Positions 45,833 through 54,539 of a DNA stretch of 64,000 nucleotides are shown piece by piece. The notes beneath the pieces were generated by a model. The model was not told the origin of the DNA, did no database searches, and worked only from the letters and a program-made list of their open reading frames with translations. The DNA comes from an uncultured delta proteobacterium (lineage in GTDB: Bacteria; Desulfobacterota; Binatia; Binatales; Binataceae): contig CAWJET010000001.1 of assembly GCA_963842085.1 (NCBI GenBank), positions 1,440,001 through 1,504,000 of the forward strand. Reading direction: 5' to 3'. Positions within the stretch are counted from its first letter, which is position 1. Each line of letters begins with the position of its first letter. Both the position numbers and the translations under genes were made by a program.

Positions 45833-45861
45833 TTGACACACAAGCGTTGTGCGTGTAGTAT
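45833..45861 (+). promoter_or_regulatory. Sigma70 promoter of the IS1595 transposase, probably leaderless
   Basis: TTGACA-N17-TAGTAT; ATG 7 nt downstream and no SD. Confidence 0.7.
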
Positions 45862-45868
45862 CTAGCTT

Positions 45869-46789
45869 ATGAAGACGCCACGGACACTGATTGAAGCGAT
45901 TCGATACTTTGCAGACCCAGAAATCTGTCGTAACTATTTGGCCGAATGCCGTTGGCCGACCGGCGTAAGATGCCCGCGAAGGGGTTGCGGATCGAGAGAC
46001 GTATGGTTCATCCAAACGCGGGCGATCTGGCGCTGCAAATCCAAATCATGCAGCAAACAGTTTTCGGTGAAGGTCGGTAGCATCTTCGAAGATTCGCCGA
46101 TTACGCTCGATAAGTGGCTCCCCGCCGTCTGGCTGCTCACTTGCTCGACAAAGGGCTATAGCTCCCACCGGCTGGCAAAGGCCCTAGGCGTCACACAAAA
46201 GACCGCATGGTTCATGCTCCATCGAATCCGGCTCGCGTTGAGGGCGGGCAGCTTCGAGACGCCTATGTCTGGGCCGGTTGAAGGCGATACTACAGGCATC
46301 GGCGGACTGGAGAAGAACAAACATCGCAGCAAACGCTTGCATCGTGGAACGGGCAACGTTGGCAAAGCCGTGGTCTTCGGATTGCTCGCAAGGCACGGGC
46401 AGATCCGTGCTAAATCCGTACCTAACGAACGGGCGGAAACGCTCCAACGTGTGATTCGTCGTAACGTCGAATCAGGCGCGATCCTCTATACCGATGAGGC
46501 AGCGGCCTTTCGCGGACTAGACGCAGACTACGCGCACGAAGTCATTAACCATTCTGAGGAGTATGTGCGTGGCGCGGTCCATACGAACGGGATCGAGAGT
46601 TTCTGGGCAAACTTCAAGCGCACGGTTTATGGGACGCATCATTTCGTGATGCCGTGGCAGCTTGATCGCTACCTTGACGACGCGACGTTTCGATTCAACC
46701 AACGGAAAATCGGGGATGGGGATCGCTTTGCGTTGGCGCTCGCTCAAGCCGATGGCAGAAGACTTACTTACAAGGAATTGACCCAATGA
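45869..46789 (+). CDS. IS1595 family transposase
   Basis: Zn ribbon CPRRGC..CKSKSC, HTH LGVTQKTAW, VEGD, LYTDE, HTNGIESFW, FRFN, RRLTY. Confidence 0.93.
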   Translation: MKTPRTLIEAIRYFADPEICRNYLAECRWPTGVRCPRRGCGSRDVWFIQTRAIWRCKSKSCSKQFSVKVGSIFEDSPITLDKWLPAVWLLTCSTKGYSSHRLAKALGVTQKTAWFMLHRIRLALRAGSFETPMSGPVEGDTTGIGGLEKNKHRSKRLHRGTGNVGKAVVFGLLARHGQIRAKSVPNERAETLQRVIRRNVESGAILYTDEAAAFRGLDADYAHEVINHSEEYVRGAVHTNGIESFWANFKRTVYGTHHFVMPWQLDRYLDDATFRFNQRKIGDGDRFALALAQADGRRLTYKELTQ

Positions 46790-47739
46790 AGAACTACTTT
46801 TCTGAATTGCGCCGCTGGTTACGAAATTCCGTTTTGGGCAAGACAAAGACAATAGAATTGCCCGGAGCCGAAGTCGATGAACTTCTCGCGAAATATTCGG
46901 CGGAAGACGTAACAACGGAACTGTTCGATTTCGGACAGATGTTGCTTACGGCGAACGAGGAGCGTGTCGGGCTCATAGATTCTAAGGCCACGACACTTGT
47001 TGGATATAGTAGTGCGATACTGGCGCTTCTGTTAATGCGCGGTGCTACTTGGACGCATTCGTGGCTTGAGCTGATCGCAATCGTGATCGTGGCTTTGGCC
47101 GCAGGAAGTGCGTGTCTCTTTTCTCTAATGGCACTTCACGGTGCACAGAATTGGAGCCAACTAAGTGAGGGAACATGGTTCCCGCGCGATCGAGTATTAC
47201 AAGGCTCCGATTCACTCAAGCGATTCTACATAAGCGCCATGCACCAAGTTCTACAGGACAATCATCGGATCGCAAATCACAAGGCTGATCAAATGATCAT
47301 GGCTCAGATCCTAGTCGCGCTCGCGGGCGTGCTCTTGGCAATTACTTTGGCGGCTGCCGTCGCAATGACGCTTGTTCGGTCGATCACTTCCCGCCCTTCT
47401 GAATTATATTCAACGAGCGCCGCGCCTCTGACTGATTGTTGTGCTGTGACGTGTTCAGCGTATCGCGCGGACTCACCTCCTCTTGCACAGTATTCAGTGT
47501 CTGTCGAGGGTTGGTGGTGGTCGCAGGAGGCACTGGGACGGGAGGTGTTACCGGCGCGGGATTTTGTCCTTGTTGATTTCCCTGCGCTGCGCCACCCGTA
47601 TTGCCAGCATTCTGATTATCGTCTGTCATTGAAGGAATCTCCCTATGAAGAAAAAATCACTGCCACTGTCCAAGATGCGCACGGCACTCCGGCGCATCGT
47701 CTCCGTCCCCAAAGACGAAGTGAAACAACTTCTTGCTGA
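46786..47739 (+). CDS. IS passenger: 3-TM membrane protein resembling Pycsar-effector (DUF5706-like) proteins; last ~115 aa probably non-conserved read-through
   Basis: DSKA before TM1, two adjacent TMs, N..IA..K before TM3; ATGA coupling to the transposase. Confidence 0.6.
   Translation: MKNYFSELRRWLRNSVLGKTKTIELPGAEVDELLAKYSAEDVTTELFDFGQMLLTANEERVGLIDSKATTLVGYSSAILALLLMRGATWTHSWLELIAIVIVALAAGSACLFSLMALHGAQNWSQLSEGTWFPRDRVLQGSDSLKRFYISAMHQVLQDNHRIANHKADQMIMAQILVALAGVLLAITLAAAVAMTLVRSITSRPSELYSTSAAPLTDCCAVTCSAYRADSPPLAQYSVSVEGWWWSQEALGREVLPARDFVLVDFPALRHPYCQHSDYRLSLKESPYEEKITATVQDAHGTPAHRLRPQRRSETTSC
47384..47629 (-). CDS. IS passenger: 81-aa Gln/Asn/Pro-rich peptide with three R-x-[TS]-L-N-x-x-Q repeats
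   Basis: AGGGAG SD; candidate promoter TTGACA-N18-TATGGT starting in the right TIR. Confidence 0.6.
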   Translation of the reverse strand: MTDDNQNAGNTGGAAQGNQQGQNPAPVTPPVPVPPATTTNPRQTLNTVQEEVSPRDTLNTSQHNNQSEARRSLNIIQKGGK

Positions 47740-47776
47740 CGAACGAGCGAAGCGCAAACCTCGCCAGAAAGCCTAG
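47645..47776 (+). CDS. 43-aa basic small ORF (MKKKSLPLSKMRTALRRIVSVPKDEVKQLLADERAKRKPRQKA), below the ORF-track cutoff
   Basis: Manual translation; AAGGA SD; from memory resembles small ORFs carried by IS1595 elements. Confidence 0.55.
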   Translation: MKKKSLPLSKMRTALRRIVSVPKDEVKQLLADERAKRKPRQKA

Positions 47777-47797
47777 GAATCCGCGTCATCGATGACC

Positions 47798-47827
47798 ACC
47801 ATATCGGAGCTGGGCCTTGTGTGTCAA
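47798..47827 (-). promoter_or_regulatory. Inward-facing promoter from the IS1595 right TIR
   Basis: TTGACA (47827-47822)-N18-TATGGT (47803-47798). Confidence 0.5.
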
Positions 47828-47927
47828 CTATATCAATCCCCAAATTTGGGCACACTGACTTGATCGCCGGACCATCATGTTCAGGGCCAAATGATACTCG
47901 TTCCATCATGAGATCTCGCGTGAAGCT

Positions 47928-50324
47928 TCACGGCTTCACGCTCAATTCGTCGAGCAGCGCTTTGGCGTCTTTCAGGTCGGCGGTGTCGAAGCCTTCGGTG
48001 AATTGCCCGTAGATCCCGGCGAGCATCGCGCGCGCCTCGTCGTGCTTGCCTTGTTTCGCGAGCAGGCGCGCGAGGCTCATCGTCGCGCGCAGCTCGAATC
48101 CTTTCGAGCCCATGCGCCGGGCGACGGCAATCGCCTCCCGGAAATCTCCCGCCGCCTTGGTTTCGTCGCCGCGCTTCAGATGCAACTCGCCCCGCCACCA
48201 CAACAGGCTAGGCAAATAGATCTGCTGTTCTCCAACGACAGAGAAGGCTTGCTCGATAGTTGCGAGCGCCTCCTCCAGTTGACCCGCGCGCGCCTGCGCC
48301 TCACTCAAAGCTCGGAACAACTCTGGCAAACCCAACCTGATGCCGAGCGTCGCCACGGAATCGAGTCCGGCGCGAATCAGCGCGATGCCTTCGTCAGTCC
48401 GACCCTGCTCGGCCATCGCCCAACCGCGATAAACCGAACCGGAGGCCGCCCATTGTGGGAGTTGTTGTTCGCTCGCGAGAGTGGATAGGCGTTCCGCGAC
48501 TTCCCGCACGGTGCCGGGCTCGCGAAGCTTCATGTAAAAACCGCTTGCGGTTCCGAGCGAGACCGCCAGACTCCCGGGCCTCTTCAAGCGCTCGGACAAG
48601 GAAATGGACTCACGAATTTTCGCTCGCCCCTGATCGCTGTTCCCCAAATGCCACAACACCGAGGCCATACAACAGAGCGCGTCGACATGAGGATTCCAAA
48701 CGTCCCCGGACCAGTCGCTCTCGTTGTATGACGCGATCGTCGCCTCGAGATGTTGCATCGCCTGGGTCAGCTCTCCGCGATAATAGAAGGATAGCCCCTG
48801 AGTAGTGGCCATACTCAGGCCGTAGCGAATCCCGCTGCGCTGGGCAATCTCCATCAATTGTTCCGCGATCTGCAGCGCGGCAGTCATTTCGCCCTGGAAA
48901 TAGGCCGCGGCCCAAGCGGCCCGCAACGCGTTTATGACTTGCTCCGGGTTGCCAGTCTTTTCGCCCAGCTCCCGCAAGTGTCTGGCCGCCCGCACAGTCT
49001 CATCCGTGGCGAAGCCGCGCGTACCTGCGAGCACCTGCCAAAGCGCGAACTGGAGATTGAATTCGCGGTTTATCCGCTCGGGAGTCTCGGGAGTCGTGCT
49101 CAGCGCAGCGATCGCCTGCTTCAGACAAAGCTCGGCTTCCTTGAGTGCCCCGCACTTGATTGCCTGCCGGCCGGCGCGGTCGAGGTACTCGACCGTTTTT
49201 TCGGTGTTCGAGCTGCGCGCGTAGTGATGAGCCAGCTCGGCGCAGTAATCTTCCAACCCCGCGGAATAGGTTCGCTCGATTGCGTCGGCCACCTCGAGAT
49301 GGAGCCTCTGGCGCCGCGCCGCCGATAAACCGCCGATCACTGCCTGGCGAACAAGCTCGTGAGAGAACTGAAAGCGGGCCTTGGGACTCTCCGCGACTGA
49401 GAAAAGCAGCCCCGCCTTTTCGGCTTCCTCGATGCACTTCAGAATCGAATCCTCATTGGCTGCGCTCGCGCGCGCAAGAATTTCAAAACTGAACAAGCGT
49501 CCAATCACCGCCGCCGTGGCGAGCATCTTTTGTGTCAGGTCGGTCAGCCGCGCCAGTCGCCGTGCGACCACCAGCCGAACGCTCGGCGGCGCCTCCAGCT
49601 CGCCGATCTCGAGCTCCGAACGAAACCGGCCGGCCGAGTCGTATAGCCGATTTTCCTCTTCGAGATGGCGGAACAGTTCCTCGACGAAGAAAGGATTTCC
49701 GTCAGTCTCCGCGTATATCTCGCTTACCACCGCGTCCGGCGGCGATTTTCCACTCAGGCTCTTCAGCATCGCGGCCACTTCATCACGCGGCAGGCCCTTG
49801 AGCCTCACCTGAGTTGCAAGCCGTCCGCGGAGTAAATCTTCGAGCGTCTTCGCCAGCCCGCCGGTCACATTGAGCCCAGCGTCACGGTAGGTGCCGACCA
49901 GCAGCAAGGGCAGATCGGAAAGCCTCTGCGTCAGGTGATCGAGCAGCGACAACGTCGAATCGCCGCTCCAGTGAAGGTCCTCGAGAACAAGTAGCAGCGG
50001 CTGCTCGCGAGCCACGCGCACTATGAAGTCGCGGTAACAGTTGAATAGCTGGCGCCGCGCCTGAGCTGGCGGCAAATCGAGCGGTGGTGGAAGCCCCGGC
50101 AAGATGTTCTTAAGTCTGGGTAGTAAGCGCGCCAACTCCGGTGCCTGCTCTCCCAGTGCCGTGCGCAGAGCGTCGGGGGTTGATGCACGATCGATGAAGT
50201 TCTCCAGGATTTCCACGAACGGCAGATAGGCGACGGCTTCGTCGCGCTCGGAGCAATGCCCGACAAGCAGCGCCATTCCCTTTGCATCAGCCAGGAGCGC
50301 AAGGCCCGCGCGCAGCGTAGCCAC
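47928..50324 (-). pseudogene. 5'-truncated STAND/AAA_16 ATPase-TPR protein
   Basis: Walker B LLLVLEDLHW, GNPFF, FSHELVR and GFDTADL C-terminus are present; Walker A and the N-terminal effector domain are absent. Confidence 0.75.
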
Positions 50325-50382
50325 GCTGGACGGAGCGGAAGGCCGCAGAGAAGATACCTGAACGCGATGCTCTGGGTGGAGT

Positions 50383-51606
50383 CTATCTCGCCAATTTATG
50401 GAACAACACTACTTCTTGGCTGGCTGGCGTTTTTCCTAGCTGGTCCGCGTGCCACTTACGATTAGGCACCGGCCTCCAGAGTCGGCCATCGTGCTCGTTG
50501 GCCATTATCGACAGCTGAATTTCCTCAAGGCCAGCCACGTTGTTCGCTTGGAGATACCGAGGCAGTTGCCACCAGGGTTCCGAAAAGGCGACGACCTGTA
50601 CCACAGTAGTATCTTCATCGCAGAGTCCGGCTATTGAATTCAGGGCAGCCTGCATCTGTTCGAAGTAGCTCCGTAGATTTGCAGCTTTGCGGTCGCCCAT
50701 GGAATAGAAGGCAGCTCCCGAACCATCGAGACGGTTAGCGATCCAAAATGGTGCCGGCGTTTCCTTGCGACCGTCCACTTGCCAGCGATGATAGAGAACG
50801 TGGATGCCTGGATAAGGTGGAGAGGTCAGAATCAGCTTCGGCTTTGCGTGATGCGGTATCTGTTGGTCATTTCCCACGTCTGCTGCGGACTTGTTTAGGC
50901 AACGAACGCTAGCGAGCCTACCGAGATTTTCACCTACGGCTGTTCGCAACTCACGAAGGCCGCCGATCATTTCCTTCGCCGACCGCATGAGCGATTCCCG
51001 GAACTCTTGAACGCCCGGTAGGCTCTTGCGACCATCGAGAGCCCGCTGCGCAGCTTTGAGAACAACACATCGCGCGAAAGCCTCCAACCTGGGCGAAGCA
51101 AGCTGGACAGCCGATGCAAGCGCTTGCTCGATCGCCTTGCGAAGACGCCACGTCATCCTGTTATCGAGATGACGATGGTAACCATTTTTCGCGTATTTTT
51201 CGAAATTGAAACCGGGGCGATGCATATCGACATGCGAGCGCAAACGCTTCGCCCACCGCTCCAGCATCTTGATTTCAGCATCTCTCAACAGGGTTGTTTT
51301 CACCTGAGCTACGAATACGGCTAGGGAACTAACATCTGTTCCGATAGCGTGGCGGCCTAGCGCAAGAGCCTCGACTAGAGTAGTTCCGCCTCCCATAAAC
51401 GGATCGACTATCAGATCACCGGGTGCAGTAAAGGCTTCTATCGCGGCCCGAACAAACTTCGGTGAGAACCTGGCCGGATACTTATAGAAGTTGTGTGTGA
51501 AACCGGAGACGTGTGCCGAATCTCGAGCAGCCTCCACAATCCGACGCTCCCACGCGCGGGTAGTGACATCCGACCCGTTCCTTCCTTCCCAGCTGACGAT
51601 GTTCAT
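50383..51606 (-). CDS. Orphan amino (probably N4-cytosine) DNA methyltransferase
   Basis: H..YKYPARF, DPFMGGGTT (motif I), TSPPY (motif IV). Confidence 0.88.
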   Translation of the reverse strand: MNIVSWEGRNGSDVTTRAWERRIVEAARDSAHVSGFTHNFYKYPARFSPKFVRAAIEAFTAPGDLIVDPFMGGGTTLVEALALGRHAIGTDVSSLAVFVAQVKTTLLRDAEIKMLERWAKRLRSHVDMHRPGFNFEKYAKNGYHRHLDNRMTWRLRKAIEQALASAVQLASPRLEAFARCVVLKAAQRALDGRKSLPGVQEFRESLMRSAKEMIGGLRELRTAVGENLGRLASVRCLNKSAADVGNDQQIPHHAKPKLILTSPPYPGIHVLYHRWQVDGRKETPAPFWIANRLDGSGAAFYSMGDRKAANLRSYFEQMQAALNSIAGLCDEDTTVVQVVAFSEPWWQLPRYLQANNVAGLEEIQLSIMANEHDGRLWRPVPNRKWHADQLGKTPASQEVVLFHKLAR

Positions 51607-51800
51607 GGTCTTGGTCGCCTCACATGAAAAAGAGGCATGTCGTCTGCGAGGAGTCGCTCAATTGCTTCGCGAACCATCCAAGCAGTAGAGACTCGATTCC
51701 TCCGGGCTAGCGCGAGCAACTCAGCGTGCTGTTCGCCCGACAAACTTACGGAGAGTCTTCGACTTTTCCTGTCCAGCGATTTGCGACGTGGAGACGACAT
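51603..51800 (-). CDS. Ribbon-helix-helix (CopG-like) regulator
   Basis: RLSVSL strand followed by two helices (STAWMVREAIERLL); ATGA overlap with the MTase. Confidence 0.8.
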   Translation of the reverse strand: MSSPRRKSLDRKSRRLSVSLSGEQHAELLALARRNRVSTAWMVREAIERLLADDMPLFHVRRPRP

Positions 51801-51808
51801 TGAAAGTG

Positions 51809-51862
51809 TGCACCATTCTGCAATCGGTGCGTGAATGCGTTACTTTACACCACTCTGGTGCA
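51809..51862. promoter_or_regulatory. Candidate RHH operator repeats
   Basis: CACCA(T/C)TCTG direct repeats at 51811 and 51848; TACACCA-CTC-TGGTGCA palindrome. Confidence 0.5.
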
Positions 51863-51949
51863 TACCTCAACTACCATCGTTCTTGATACGGTCATTCATT
51901 ACTCGCGGAATCTTCGATGGAGCCACCACCACGCAGTCATGGCCCAGCC

Positions 51950-53854
51950 TGCGCGGCGTCAACCATTTCTGCCGGACGCATTGACTCACGATTTTTGTTA
52001 CCGGGTCGGTGGTGGTTGCCTCACGTAGACTGCTACCCAGCAGCGGAGCCGCTGCGGGGTGGTGGGGGAGATGGCGAGGCAACTGAGGATGGCAACACGC
52101 CGGGAACTGAAGAACGCAATTGGAGAACGGTATCAGGCGACAACAGAGCGGTGCGAGCGGCGGCAGATTTTGTCCGAGTTCGTACGCGTAACCGGGTATC
52201 ATCGGAAACACGCGCTGCGCGTGCTGAATCAACCGCTGGCGGTGCGAAGCCGCGGGGCGCGGGGGCGGCTGTACCACGAGGCGGTACATCAAGCACTGAT
52301 GGTCCTGTGGGAGGCCAGCGATCGCATCTGCGGGAAGCGGCTTCGGGTTCTGATCCCGGTGCTCATCGACGCTATGGAGCGTCACGGCCATCTCGCGCTC
52401 GATCCGATGGTAAGAAGCAGGCTCCTGGATGTCAGCGCCGCCACCATCGATCGGCTGCTCCAACCGCAACGCGAAGCGGCAGGACGCGCGCGGCGGCGGC
52501 GCTGGGGCGCGGGTTCGGCAATCAGGCAGAGCGTGCCGGTGCGGATCTTCGCCGATTGGGGCGACCCTCCGCCGGGTTATTTCGAGTGCGATATGGTCGA
52601 GCACTGCGGCGGAATGCAGGAAGGCGGCAACTTCGTTCATACGTTGACCCTGACCGATATTCACAGCGGCTGGACCGAATGCGCCGCCCTTACGGTGCGC
52701 GAACAGAGTCTCGTGGTGGAAGGAATCGGCGCCATCGCCCAGCGCCTTCCATTCGCGCTGCGCGGCCTCGATACCGACAACGACACCGCCTTCATGAACG
52801 AGACGCTGCGCAGGGCTATTGCGACCGCCAGCGCATCGAATGGACCCGGTCGCGCTCTTACCACAAGAACGATCAGGCTTGGGTCGAGCAGAAGAACGGC
52901 GCGGTGGTGCGCCGGCTCGCGGGATACGGGAGATTGAGCGGGCTTGCCGCGGCCGCGACGCTCCAGCGCCTGTACGAGAGCGCGCGCCTTTATGTCAATT
53001 TTTTCCAGCCGTCGTTCAAGCTGGCGAGCAAGCAACGCCACGGAGCGCAGGTGAGTAAACGCTACCAGCCGCTCACGCCGTACCAGCGGCTGCTGGCCTC
53101 CGATGCAGTCGAGGAGACGGTTAAGCAACACCTGCGCGCGCAGTTTGCTGCGCCCGACCCGGTGGCGCTCCTGGAGACCATCCGCGAGGCACAGCAAGAG
53201 TTGCTGGCGTTGAATCATGAGGACCGCACGTCCGCCGCTACGGCGCAACCGCGGTATTTCGCTGCATTCGCGACCGCGTGGCACAGCAATAACCGCGCGC
53301 CCAGCGCGCGGAGAAAGATGGCCGCCAAGCACTGGTGGAGAACCCGCGTCGATCCGTTCGCGGAAAGTTGGCCACTCGTGGAAGGCTGGCTCGCGGCGGA
53401 ACCGAATATCGCCGGCAAGGAACTTATGTTGCGGCTGACCAATCAGCTTCCAGATCTTTATCCCACCGGCGCCCAACTTCGCACCTTGCAGCGGCGAGTG
53501 AAGGCCTGGCGCGCACAGTGGGCGCGCCATCTCGTGTTTGCCTGCAGCGCCGCTGCTCGAGCGGAACACGAAGCCGGCGTAATCCCAACCGAGACGATCT
53601 CGGCTCGCTGACGGACTAGATCTGGATCCAAGAAAGAAGTCCGAGGAAATGGGAACCGAGCTAATCGCCGCGATTGACAGCGCGAGGCCGAGAGAAGCAG
53701 CGTGCCCACTGAGCGCCAGTGGCTTTTCACGCGGACGGGCGAGAAGGGGCAGCCCCTCCTCGCGCTCCACCCCAGGACGGAACAGTGACGATTATCGGGG
53801 AGTAACATTTTTGGTTGAGGCAACACGACCGGCAGATTTAATTGTCGTTGATCA
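51950..53854 (+). mobile_element. IS21-like element with TG...CA ends, a single transposase ORF and no istB
   Basis: Imperfect terminal IRs plus internal TTG(A/C)CTCA...TAC repeats; 7-bp TSD CCCAGCC at 51943-51949 and 53855-53861. Confidence 0.82.
52071..53611 (+). pseudogene. DDE (rve-type) transposase, frameshifted near 52810
   Basis: TGYHRKHA, ECDMVEH, DTDND in one frame; KNDQAWVEQKN and LRTLQRRVK in the next. Confidence 0.85.
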
Positions 53855-54087
53855 CCCAGCCCTATGAGCTGACGATGAAGCCCGTATCCGCATCCACCGG
53901 CCTCATAAGCGTAGAGCACGCTCGGGTACAACCGGCCAATCTTCCGCGCTAACTTGATTACCGCTGCGGCCTCGTTACGAATCTCGCCTAGAAACCGAAC
54001 TTCGCCGCTGCGGCCCTTTTCGGCAACTGCGATCGCGATGCTCTCTTTGTGAACGTCCAGACCGACAAACGCGTTATGATCGCCCAT

Positions 54088-54193
54088 GGCCCGTCCCCTA
54101 TGCGTGAGGTTAGGTGCCAGCTCCATCGCCGGCGCAACCCTCGATACCGCATAGCCGGTGACGGGCCAACCCGTTCATCCGGTCATATCGTCT
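54088..54193 (-). ncRNA. IS110 5' non-coding end, structured (candidate bridge-RNA region)
   Basis: Nested hairpin GGCCCGTC/GACGGGCC, CTATGCG/CGCATAG closing just before the ATG; guides not resolved. Confidence 0.5.
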
Positions 54194-54309
54194 GCTGCTC
54201 CTCCGTGAAGCGGCTTCCTTTCATTGCCCGTCTCCTTTTCAGGCGACGGACTCTACCTCATTTCGGCGTAGTTTTCGGGGTGCATGTATGGACCCAGCCC
54301 CGTGCGCAA

Positions 54310-54530
54310 GGCTGTCGCTCCGACGATCTGATATCCGGTTGCAGGCATGTATCCGGCCTCTCGAATGGAACATGGTTGGTGTTCCGGGCCATGATGGATA
54401 TCCGCACGTCTTCCACTCGTCAGGCCATCGGCCTCATGGGCCTTGCACCCCAACAGGTTTGGAAAACGCCGGTCCGACCGGCTCGCCATCAGCAGACAAC
54501 CTTCGCAACTCCTTGGCAAGTTTTTTCCCG
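54310..54530 (-). ncRNA. Bridge/seek RNA of the IS1111-group element (boundaries approximate)
   Basis: Target guides at 54444-54451 and 54421-54427 and donor guides at 54391-54397 and 54346-54352 match the reconstructed target and the circle junction. Confidence 0.8.
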
Positions 54531-54539
54531 GCGGCCCCC

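Larger units (their letters stand above)
45820..47840 (+). mobile_element. Complete IS1595-family element with passenger genes (2021 bp)
   Basis: 25-bp TIRs GGGATTGATATA(C/G)TTGACACACAAG at 45820-45844 and 47816-47840; 8-bp TSD CAAATTTG at 45812-45819 and 47841-47848. Confidence 0.93.
51867..54087 (-). pseudogene. IS110-group recombinase, split by an insertion and truncated (pieces 54087-53855 and 51949-51867)
   Basis: MGDHNAFVGLDVHKE...YEAGGCGYGLHRQLIGLG joins in frame to HDCVVVAPSKIPR..DRIKND once 51950-53854 and one TSD are removed. Confidence 0.88.

Noticed and set aside
46786-47739. Complete Pycsar system
   Set aside because: No pyrimidine cyclase in the element or window; only a tentative effector-like fold.
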